Shown here piece by piece: positions 53,585 through 64,000 of a stretch of 64,000 nt of DNA. The translations under genes were made by a program, and so were the position numbers. The notes below the pieces were generated by a model. That model was not told the origin of the DNA, ran no database searches, and saw nothing but the letters and a program-made list of their open reading frames with translations. The DNA comes from Callorhinchus milii (Eukaryota): the NCBI RefSeq assembly GCF_018977255.1, contig NW_024704742.1, positions 104,472,001-104,536,000 of the forward strand, read 5' to 3'. Within the stretch, counting starts at the first letter, position 1. The number at the start of each line of letters is the position of its first letter.

Positions 53585-53908
53585 TGGAGTCCTGTAGCTC
53601 AGTGGTTAGAGCACTCGCTTTGCAATGAGAGACCTGAGTTCAATTCCAGGCAGAGGGCGAAACCTTGGGCAAGTTTCCTTACTCCACACAGAGCCTAATA
53701 ATAATCCCTCCAAAACAAAACAATAATAAATTGGTCATTTTCAATCTACGACTGTTTGTGGGACATTGCTGTGCGCAATTGGCTGCCGCGTTCGCCCACA
53801 AATATACAGTCAATTCACTTTACAGTGTGTTCTGTGAAGCGCTTTGGGACGTCCTCCCGACGTGAAAAGCGCTATATCAAATGCAAGGATTATTATTATT
53901 ATTATTAT
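53585..53908 (+). mobile_element. Full-length young tRNA-derived SINE (Deu-domain-like core, L2-type tail)
   Basis: tRNA-like head TGGAGTCCTGTAGCTCAGTGGTTAGAGCA...GAGTTCAATTCC (Pol III A and B boxes); core tgtttgtgggacattgctgtgcgcaattggctgccgcgtt; tail ending (ATT)n. TATTATCCCA flanks both ends. It ends about 50 bp from the exon 2 donor. Confidence 0.92.
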
Positions 53909-53957
53909 CCCAAGAGATAATGCATCTTTTTAAAATAAAGTACAGTAAAAAACTCAC

Positions 53958-54036
53958 AGTTTTCTTCAGAGTTTTCACAGCAAATGCCTGCTGAGTTTTC
54001 TTCTGTCTGCATCGAAACACGACTGATGTGGCACCG
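53958..54036 (-). CDS. CAMK4: CAMK4 exon 2 (GATSVVFRCRQKKTQQAFAVKTLKKT)
   Basis: 79 nt; cctag|CGGTGCC ... AAAACT|gtgagt; end of the Gly-rich loop and the catalytic Lys (AVK). Confidence 0.95.
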
Positions 54037-55569
54037 CTAGGCAATGGAAAATAAAATATTGTCAGTTTGGTGTTAGGAATTATTATAGATCATACATAGT
54101 GAAATAAACATTTAACATTTAAATTGGTAATGTACTAGAGACTCTGGTGTCTTTCACATGCCATGTATAAAATGTCCATAACATGCTAAAAAGGCTTGTA
54201 AAAGTAATTCACATGTGCACTATCAAACACATTATGTAATCGACATTTTGACATTATGGTACATGAGTATGCTACAGCAATTATTGCTAATTATGAATAA
54301 AGAATCGGGTTAATTACATTAGTCAGTAACCGGGCAAGACTACATTTCAGGCTTTACTGCTAAATACTGGATTGTTTTGGCTGGTTTAGACAAAATAATA
54401 TTGAAACTGAAACCTTAGACCAACAAGTACCATACTCAATTTTAACACCGGCTTTCTGCTTTGTTATACCTTAGGTATTTTCTTAATTATTTTTTTTTAT
54501 CTGTACATCAACACTGGACATGGCCTTCATTTAAAACCTAATCTTACAGAAGTCCTTCAATCCATAATTCTAAAACCTTTTCAGCAATGGTTAGTTGGCA
54601 ATATTTTTGACAAAGGACCAATTTCATAGCATTGTTTCTGAACAGTTCAAAGATCAAAACCACTATCTGACAGATTAATAATTAACTAAGCACTAGCATG
54701 CCTGATATTAATCCCAAGTTGACACAATTAGTACATTTAACATTTATGAGATCACTTGATCATATAACAAAATGAGCAAACAATTACCAAGTAAATATTT
54801 GCCATTGTATATTCACCAATAATGTACATCTTTGTTCGTACTATTTTTCTAGAAGCTTACTACAATATGCTAAAACAGAATGTGTCAAGGAGCATTTATG
54901 TGGCAAAATAATACACTGTTCACCTCTTAAACATTTTTTTAAGTGATGGTATTTTTCTACAATACTTGAAAAACACAAAGCGAAAATGGTGTATACAGCA
55001 TGACATGAATCAACAAACAAGTGCTGAATTACAATTGCAACTATTTCTATGAACTACAGAACATTCTTTGTTATAATAGTTAGGAACTATTTTCTTAATT
55101 TGCTTTTCTTCTCTTCTGTGGAGTCCCACTTCGCCATACCCAACACCTAGCTTGAAAAAGCTATTATATGAGACCATACAAACGTATACCAGGTATTTGT
55201 TAAGGCGTTCAGCAGTGACTGTCCCAGGGATTTTCCTTCCCTCCCTGTAAAGAACCTTACTGATTCTGTAACAGAATGTTAAAATATGCAAATAAGTCTA
55301 AATCCCCATTAAATCTAAATCTGACCATTATGCAATTTCTCCTTAACTTTTAGCTTTTCAGAAGTAGTGTCATTTTAAAAGATGTGTCTACAATGGCCTA
55401 AATTTGCACTCAACTGTTACCTGTGATCTATAACCAAACTATCCATTCATGACAAGAAAAAGCATTGTTCAAAAAGCATATCTGCTAATCCGTCAAACTA
55501 GTCAGGATGCATTGCAAGTGAAAATGTACAATTTAGAAAATTCTAAAGACCTTCCTTTTTGATCGTGCT

Positions 55570-55790
55570 TACGGTCACCTTACCCCTCCCTCTCCCTCTG
55601 GCTCGGTGGCAGACTCCACCACTGTCAAGCACTCCGGGACGCTACCCTGCGTGAAGGTCACTATATAAACGCAAGTTGTTGTTATAGAAACGGCCAAGTA
55701 AAAATATAGTATATATAAATATCAACAAATTATATTTATATAGCGCGTTTTACGTCGGAAGGATGTCCCAGGGTGCTGGACAGGTAAAGG
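55570..55790. mobile_element. Two short L2 3' tails, tail to tail (+ 55570-55683; - 55722-55790)
   Basis: aagcactccgggacgctaccctgcgtgaaggtcactatataaacgcaagttgttgtt, then an inverted tail tttatatagcgcgttttacgtcggaaggatgtccc. Confidence 0.6.
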
Positions 55791-56605
55791 TTTGTACCGT
55801 TGATCATCTCTAACCAACAAAATGATAGAAAAGGTGCATGTTCAAAGAATAGTATGTTCCAGTATTTAAAAATTACCTACACAGCAGGGCAAATCTCCAG
55901 CTACTTTAGTTAATTTAGCAGTTAACTATCTTAAAATATATTTTGTTGTTATTGATTTCCCACTCACCCCCCAGTGTGTTGCCCAAATACCCATTATTGA
56001 TGTGAAAATATTGACACTGAGTGTTGCCGGGCTATTCGACCCAAGCAAATGGGGGACAGGAATACTGGAATACCAAAGATACCGAGACCAATTGTAGTGG
56101 CACGCACAGACTAAGATTTAAACCTGCAACGTTTTGTATGAACTGTAGCTAGAAGGATAGAGCAGTCTGGTCACAGAGTGGAGAAAAATCAATCACAAAT
56201 TCTAATCCAACACTTTTAGATGATACACTTGAATGCTCTTTTATTCACCATGAATGCAGTGGGAACCTTAACAGGTTTACTTTTATTTGTAATGTTATTG
56301 GTGGGGTGAAAAATAATGCAATATTTTATGACAGATTTGATAATTTTTCAATCCTAAGGACAATGGTGGTCTAGAAATCTTTGGGTTCAATTATTGTTTT
56401 GAAGCCCAGAATGGAAGGAAGGAGAGCTTCACATTATTAACTAACTGTCTATCGGGAGTTGCCTTTGACTACTCTACTGCACGGTAATAATCTTTCTGCC
56501 ATTCTCTCCCTGACTCTTTCTCTCTGACTTTCTCCCCATCTTTCATTTCTATGACTCTATTTGTCTCTGACTCTTACATCACACTTCACAATTTTAACAT
56601 ATATA

Positions 56606-56923
56606 TGGAGTCCTGTAGCTCAGTGGTTAGAGCACTCGCTTTGCAAGCGAGAGACCTGAGTTCAATTCCAGGCAGAGCGAAACCTTGGGCAAGTTTCCTT
56701 ACTCCACACAGAGCCTAATAATAATCCCTCCAAAACCAAAAACAATAATAAATTGGTCATTTTCAATCTACGACTGTTTGTGGGACATTGCTGTGCGCAA
56801 TTGGCTGCCGCGTTCGCCCACAAAAAATACAGTCAATTCACTTTACAGTGAGTTCTGTGAAGCGCTTTGGGACGTCCTTCCGACGTGAAAAGCGTTATAT
56901 TAAATGCAAGGAATATTATTATT
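56606..56923 (+). mobile_element. Full-length young tRNA-derived SINE
   Basis: Nearly identical to 53585-53908. Confidence 0.92.
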
Positions 56924-57024
56924 AAAGTACAAGTTCTGCATTTAAAACAGTTTCCTCTTTGTAATACTTTCATTCAGTGAAAGTACAAGTTCTGCATTTA
57001 AAACAGTTTCCTCTTTGTAATACT
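56924..57024 (+). repeat. Perfect 45-bp direct repeat (56-bp period) abutting a SINE tail
   Basis: AAAGTACAAGTTCTGCATTTAAAACAGTTTCCTCTTTGTAATACT at 56924-56968 and 56980-57024. Confidence 0.9.
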
Positions 57025-57509
57025 GCAATGTAATTTACTTGTGTGGCAGGAAAGATTCTTACACTGCAGATTGAACAGGAAATCAATACTAGAGATGTTA
57101 ACTCAATGACCAAATTAAAGGTGAAAAAATGCTTGCTCTCCAGTGACTCAATTGATACCATTAAATGTTTAATTAGAGAATTATTCATGGTTTTATGCTT
57201 CAGAGGAGCTCAATTGGTAGCACTCTCCCTTTGCAGTCCAAAGGTTGTAAGTTCAAATCCCATGTTGGAACTTTTAACTCATAGTCTAGGCTGTGATCTC
57301 ATTGTCAGAAGTGCCGTCCTTAGGATGAGATGTTAAACTGAGATCCCGTTGGCCTGTTCAAGCAGACATTAAAGAATCTATGGCACTATTCGAAAAGAGA
57401 AGAGAGCTTCAATGTCGTGAGAAATAATTCCCAGATACAATTGGCCATTCACTTCATGGCTGTTTCTGGGACACTGCTTTATGTAAAGTAACTGTTGTGC
57501 AGAATGGAA

Positions 57510-58810
57510 CAAATGCATTGTTTGACGTCGCTGGGAAACCTCTGACCACTGGCCAGTCGCCTTCAGTGTTAAGAGGGCAGCCCTTGGTCTTCTAGGGAGA
57601 GCTGACCTTGTGACATGGGATGATTGTCGGGTTGGAACCGTCGATGTGCCTTGTGCTATGAGTGATTGTACCAAGTCCAGCCTGCGAGGGGTATTGCCGA
57701 ACATGAAGCCTGGGACCGATTCTGTGTGAGGACTGAGTGCAGACTTGACGATGTAGCCAGTGACTTTCTTGCTTCTGCAGCTGAGGTTGTAAAGAAACTG
57801 AAGCTGACAGCATCAATGCTGAATTCCTAAAAGCTGCTTTGAGGATGGAGATGGAGAACGGTGATGATCTTCCAGGTCCACATCCGTGCCATGACCCACT
57901 CCATCTTCCCCCAACTCCGCAACATTGCTTGGCTCCGCCACTGTCTCAAACTGCTGGATACCGAGACACGCATACACGCATTCAACTCCCTACTTATCGA
58001 CCTCCCTAACTCCTCCCTCCATAGGCTGCAGATCATCCAGAACTCTGCAGCCCATGTCCTCTCCCAGGCTCCGTGACCCTATCACTCACATCCTCGCCCA
58101 ACTCCATGGGCTTCCCATCACACAGAGGATACAGTTCAAGATCCTGGTCGTCACTTTGAAAGCCCTCCATGGCCTTGTTCCCTTCTACCACTGTGACCTC
58201 CTAACCCTCTACCAACCTGCCCGCTCCCTCCACTCAGTGGGCTCCAGCCTGCTTCACGTCCCCCGCCTCGCCCGGCCCACCAGTCGGGCAGGCCTTCTGC
58301 CAATCTGCCCCTACCCTCTGGAACTCCATCCCGCTGTCCCAAGCCAGGAACCCCCAACTCACCTTAGAGCTGCACTCCTAGCACTGGTCAACAGTATTCT
58401 CTCTGAGGCATGCACCCCATCAGTGTTCCAGAGTGCAATTTAGGTGTCTATCTACAAGGGTGACTCCACTGAAACCAATACAGAGGGATATTGCTGATTT
58501 CTGTGGCTCTTAAATTGGTGTTTCGGGAAGCCACTGCACATATATCACACGCATTGGAGGCTTGCGGTTTGATCGGGAAGGAGCAGGCTGGCTTCCTTTC
58601 TCTTGAGGCATGTGTGGGACAGGTTATGGCTCTGTATGACATTGCAGAATATCATAAGGTTGAGGGGAAACCCACCCACGTTGTGTTCATCAACTTTTGC
58701 AAGACTTTCAGCCCAGTGCAATTTTTTAACATGAATCACCAAAGTTAGTGTCTGGGATCCTGTGGTTGGTGTGTGGACCCGGCTTTAGGTCTAGAAGCCT
58801 CTGTCCCTGT
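57510..58810 (+). mobile_element. Fossil non-LTR retrotransposon (end of APE domain plus RT N-terminal half), not CR1 or L2; interrupted by an L2
   Basis: V*RRWETSDHWPVAF (SDHWPV at 57541-57558); DSINAEFLKAAL...GDDLP (57806-57874); after the L2, EPPTHLRAALLALVNSIL...FQSAI*VSIYKGDSTETN, a frameshift, then YRGILLISVALKL...LEACGLIGKEQAGFLSLEACVGQVMALYDI...KPTHVVFINFCKTF (ORF 58491..58748). Confidence 0.75.
57878..58340 (+). mobile_element. L2 fragment nested inside an older non-LTR fossil
   Basis: HIRAMT..QLRNIAWLRHCL, QIIQNSAAHVL, LHGLPITQRIQFKIL; ends at tggaactccatcccgctgtccc with no tail. Confidence 0.85.
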
Positions 58811-58829
58811 GTGTGGGGAGGGGGCAGTA

Positions 58830-59079
58830 TCTCGGTTGTTAGTTGATTGGTGGATCGTTTTTCCAGGGGAAATGATCCCTTCAAAAATAAATAATAATAA
58901 TAATTTGGTCACTGAATCTATGAATGTTTGTGGGGCACTGCTGTGTGCAATTGTGTGCCGTGTTTCGCCCACAAATATAGTCAATTCACTTTACAGTATA
59001 TTCTACGAAATGCTTTGAGACGTCTCAAAGACGTGATAAGGCACTATATCAAATGCAAGGATTATTATTATATTATTAT
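58830..59079 (+). mobile_element. Truncated SINE (a SINE 5' half also lies at 59482-59610)
   Basis: Same core and tail as the other copies; 59482 begins TGGAGTCCTGTAGCTCAGTGGTTAGAGCA. Confidence 0.8.
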
Positions 59080-62059
59080 AGTAACTTTTTTGCCAGTTGT
59101 ATAGTTTCTACGTTTACAGCATCTTGGTATTTCAGGGATCATTTTTGGTCTGGCACTTGCAGAAAGACACCACCATTCTAAAGAGCATCCGAACGAGACT
59201 GAGAGTTACACATATGTACATGGAATACGCACTCTACCTGGGAAGACACACCTAATTTCAGAAAGTATAAGGTACAGGTTGGCGAGAGCTAAGGCTTTGG
59301 GAACCCATTGTATGCGTTGGAGCACTGCTGGAGTTCAACCAGTTAAAACTGCATAGTTTGCCACTGAGAGCACTATGTGACAAAATCCCGCTGCTTGTCC
59401 AGCTAGGACCACCCGACCCGTTATGCCTTTTGCTAGCAGGTTTAACAAGAGCCGAGTGGCAAAAATTCCTGCTCCTAGTAATGGAGTCCTGTAGCTCAGT
59501 GGTTAGAGCACTCACTCAAAGAGAGAGGACCCAGGTTTGATTCCCCAGGCAACGCAAAACGTTGGGCAAGTTTCCTTACGCCTAGCAATAAGTAGGAACC
59601 CGATTGTTACAGCTGCAGCAGAGGAGTGGGAATCTCTTAACAATAATAATAATAAAAATTATAGCCTTTTACTTGAAACCCCAAACTATTTTTTGATTTC
59701 TTTTTCTACGTGGTCAGGAGCGAGGCCAGCCAAAGTCGCCAGTATCCCATCTGAGAAAGGGTGTGTGCTGGAATTGCTCTCCTGCCGCTGAATTTCTGGC
59801 CTCGGACCTCGAGGGGGATTGGCGGGCAATGCAAGGATCACGCTCCTGCTGTTCAGAAGGTGAAGATAGAGAAGCACACTAAGCTAAAGGATAATGAGAA
59901 GGTTGAACGTCAATCGGATCTCCAGAACAATGTCCTCCAATTGCTGGAGTAGCATTCTCAAAGTGAGATAATCCAGACTCCCTGCAAAAGAGAAGCCAAT
60001 GGATGGTCTGGAAGGGATATAATAGACATTCATGCCTAGAAACAGGAAGACTGGAGAGGAGCAGGTAAGGGAACTGTTGTCCCTTTTACGGTGCCCTCCA
60101 CGTGTGGTTACCTGATTTGTTGGCGTGGGGCCTAATAAAGTTGACTTGTTTTGTTCACCAACCATGGCTGGCATCGACTGCTTCTTCCACGATAGCCCTG
60201 TACCCGCCACAGTAGACCCATGGAAAGTTCAGAAGATTGATATGCTCTAGAGAAATATGGGAGGGAAGAAACTCAGAGGCGGAAGATGGTGTTTAATTGC
60301 CAAAAATACATCAGGAGTAGACCCTAAAGGAGGTCTCAAGATGGGAATAATTTCAAGATTTAGCAAACAAAGTAAGGTCCTGTAGGCCGAAGGATGCAAA
60401 GAGAGAACAACAATCATTGAGGGAAGAAAGACATTTCTAACAGGCAAAAGCAGTTAATGAGAAGTAACTAAAAACAATTGAAGTTGAAAATAAATGAAAG
60501 AAAATATAAAGAACTGAGAAATTCTAAAAAATATATACTGGGGAAAAACAGAGTTTTTTTTTGGAGAAAAGTTACGCATGTTCCCCAACATAAATACATC
60601 TCTCAGTACAGGTCATACTTGTATATTATTTTACCAAAACTAACTTATGTTTCCATCTGGGGGAGGGGGGAAGAAAGCCAATTCGGAACACAAGTGCAAA
60701 TTATTTCAGAAAGTTGATAGTTAACCGCAGAAAAATGATGTGTGTCAAGCTGGTAATAGCTTTTGAGAGCTCAGAATGTTATGAGAAATTGTAGTTGCTA
60801 CAAACAAAATGACAAGTGTTATACTTTACTAGATGTGGAGTCTCAAACACAAGTTGTACAATATTTATTTTTCCTCATGCTCTCAACAAATTCAAATTCA
60901 ATCATGACATTAGTATCTTTGCATAATCTTTACATCTGTATCCAGAATAACTGAATATTACAGCAATGCCAAATTTGCACACCCTAGTACAGCTGCTTAG
61001 ATTATCTTCTGTAGTTCATACTTAGCACCTACCCATTGCATTGCTCTTCTGCTCTGACAATGTCACACCACAGGCAGGAACTAAGCCATCAAGTTTATCA
61101 CAACTGCAGAGCAGCAAATGCAAGGTTCAATGTTGTTAGTTTTTGTCCACCCTGACAGATATTAAAGGTAAAGAAACTAATGCTAGGCAGATTTTAAATA
61201 AACTAGTTAATAAATAGAAACAGGGCAAAAGTCAAAGAAAGTCCCTAAAATTGCAACTGATGCATCTATGAATAAAGCGTCTATCACAATTCTCAAGAAG
61301 ACATCATGAAGGGGGCAAAATACGAGCCAAAGAACTCTACCTGCTTTGACTAAGATGTTATTAAAATTATCAGAAAATAGTTTTAAGAATGCATTTCAGA
61401 AGAGCTTCAAGTTCTTCTTGATATTTATGATTGACTTGTTTCTAAATATTCAATAGGAACCATACTCACCAATATAAGAATCGTGGGAGATCTTCTTACA
61501 AGATAACCAAAAAAATCTTTATAAAAATTTAAAATCATTATAATTTAAGCATTTAAAATTAATTTGGTTTCTATAGGACAATTTACAAAATCCTGTATAA
61601 TATTTAGCAACTATTTTGTACCAAATATATATCTATATAAAAACACTGTCATGCTTGAGAATATCCAAACCAGAATGAGAGTTCCACATATGAAGTGTGC
61701 GCCACCTGAACATTAAATGTAATGCACAATCTCTTTCTGGAGGGATACACTCTGCTTCCCTAATGGTGAGAGCCAAAGTTTGCAATTTGAGGCCACTGCT
61801 TCCCACTACTTGTCCAATTAGGGCCACCTGCCCATTCGGGTTTGGGCTTGCAAAAACCAAATTTAAAAAAATCCCTATCCTTCCTGATTCTACTGAGGAG
61901 TCAGGATGGCTGGTCTATCGTCAGTGGTGTCTTGGAATACTGCAGACCTACCTAGCTCAGGAATTGGGCTACAGAGACTGCCACAGAAGTTTGACTTGAT
62001 TTTGACATTCGGTTGCCAAGCACATCACTTTGGACTCATGTCCAAGTAGACCCTGTTTA

Positions 62060-62650
62060 TCTGTTTATCCCCTAGAATAACCACATTAATTGGTTATTTG
62101 ACATCCAACAAGTGCAGGTTTGAACCCTTACTAGGTGGATACCAGATAAGAGAATCCTGCAAGTCCTAATAAGCATTGCAGTTCAGCGAGAAATACATGA
62201 GAGGATTGCTACCATCTTTCTGCCCACAGCTCAGATACACATCCACATCCATTGAATGATGGTTCCACAGATGGAAGTGCAGAGCTTGAGCAGTAACTGC
62301 TTACCTCCTTACACACCGATCAACGTGAATTCCAAGCTCTGAGCGTGTGTTCATGAACCTAGACCCTCAACGCCTTCCAGCAGCTGTCGTCCCAAGCCCT
62401 CAGTTTCCTCATTACGCAATTCAGTGGACATCTACCTTCAGCGTGGTGGGCAGCTTCTGAGGTGCCAGACACCGTGATGTAATAGAGGACGAATCCAATC
62501 CCACATACCAGGAGTATTCAAAACAACTGCTTAATTCATGTCCTCATGTGAGTGGCTTTAATAATGGATATGTCTGCCAGAAAGCTCACTCCACCTCCAA
62601 TGTGTTTCGCAACAGATCAGTGTAGCCGGATCCTCCAGCCAGCTGCATAT
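62060..62650 (-). mobile_element. Fossil non-LTR retrotransposon C-terminal region (decayed CCHC zinc knuckle)
   Basis: Minus strand: YPLLK..T*IKQLF (about 62570-62521), GGKQLLLKLCT (62308-62276), then Y-LS-C-GQKDGSNPLM-Y-FSLN-C-NAY*DL from 62237. Each TAT is one transition from TGT or CAT, giving C-X2-C-X10-H-X4-C. Confidence 0.5.
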
Positions 62651-64000
62651 TGCATACTAAGTGCTACGGATATCTACAATTTATAGTTCACTATGAAAGT
62701 AGTGAGTACTGTGGTTACATATTTTACAAAGCTAACAAAAAGCTAAATTGCCCAATCTAGCATTCACATGCACGATTGCCCCCATTTTCAGTGGCTTGTC
62801 AGAAGAATGAAAAGCAATTAGTATTTTTTCTTTTACCTGCTGAAGAATTATATTGTTGAAACTTATGCCAAAAGCAGCTAATGGTTCAGAGATTCAACTC
62901 AAATGAGTTCAGTCAATTCAACCCCCTTGACATTCTGAGGTTGTAACTTAACAGGATAAGAGTCAAAGTTTGGAAATTACAAATGATATTTGATAAATAA
63001 TTTAAAGTGATATTCAGTTGTTGAGCAACTTGTATTGCTCTGATAAAGAGAATGTAAAGAACAAGCTGATCAAATAACAGATATAATATGGCTTTTGTGC
63101 AATATTTTTAATGTTTAAAATGTTATTTATGTCCTCGCTGGACTGATCCAAAAAAGTTAATTCTCAGAATCCTGTTAAACATACAGTGAGAAAACTCTTC
63201 TAGTGAGACGGAAATATTATTTCTCAATTAAAACCTTAAACAGTCAAACTAACATTCTTACAAACAGATCTAAGGCTATGATTACATACATTACCTCCTG
63301 TTTAGTGAGTCTTAAAAGGCAGAGGAAGCCATACTGATTCATCATCTTAGCTGACTTCAAGTGTCAAATGAGTGCCTTAAATTCTGTTCAATCACGTTTT
63401 TATCAACTCTCATTTGCTTCTTTCGGCACTGAGTGGAAAGTACAATTCTTATACTTCGGATACTTTTAAGTACTTAACGCTCGGATCCTGATCCCTGACT
63501 GTTCAGCGTCTTGCAAAGTCCTCCCAACGTGAAAGGCACTCTACAAATTTAATTTTGTTGTTGTTGTGAATGAGTAAAATTGAAGTCGAAAAAGTACTGT
63601 CGAGTTTTTTGGATAAGGGAACGCAGTACAAGTGGAAATGAAAAGAGTATCCAAAAATATGTTTTTTAAAATAGGCTAAATAATATATAAGTAGCTGGAG
63701 CGTCCTTGAAATCTGATTTTCCTTCTGTCCCTATTTGATGCATAAATTGTATTTAGAGGAGAAATCCAATTCTTTATTTTAGCTAGCATCAGCTTTATAA
63801 TACACATTCACCCACAAAATACAGTCAGTCTACTTTATGTCCTGTGAAGCGCTTTGAGATGTCTCGATGCTGTGATGAGGTGCTATATCAAATGCAAAGA
63901 TTATTATTACATAGAGCCTTTTACAGTGGGAATTCAACCCAAAGCTACTCAGTATTCTAAATACAGAGCAAACTAAAGACTGAACAAACAGACAAAGAAA

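Noticed and set aside
53585..53660. tRNA genes at SINE heads (also 7615, 13581, 22160, 56606, 59482)
   Set aside because: A and B boxes are present but there is no acceptor stem or oligo-T terminator, and each continues into the SINE body.
54037..64000. CAMK4 exon 1 (…DYWIDGS…ESELGR)
   Set aside because: No matching coding segment or CpG-island promoter was seen; the region is treated as intron 1.

Overview
AT-rich vertebrate genomic DNA. The SINE, L2, CR1 and Penelope repeat content suggests a cartilaginous fish, possibly a holocephalan; this is inference. The window holds most of a CAMK4 (calcium/calmodulin-dependent protein kinase IV) gene on the minus strand. Ten coding exons (equivalent to exons 2-11, 54036 down to 3521) all have AG/GT boundaries and consistent phases, and exon 1 was not found in the window. 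The last exon encodes an acidic tail built from a 24-bp coding tandem repeat (15 x 8 aa). The introns contain many tRNA-derived SINEs, L2 3' fragments, a fairly young CR1 RT fragment, Penelope-type terminal repeats and some unexplained fold-backs. The most notable items are: (1) a TSD-flanked Penelope-type fold-back with an intact minimal hammerhead-ribozyme core just downstream of CAMK4; (2) scattered fossils of a non-LTR retrotransposon (APE + RT + Zn knuckle) that is neither CR1 nor L2, in intron 1; (3) the CAMK4 coding repeat and a possibly recent stop codon. Repeat boundaries were read by eye and are approximate. No prokaryotic systems, CRISPR arrays, rRNA genes or true tRNA genes were found.
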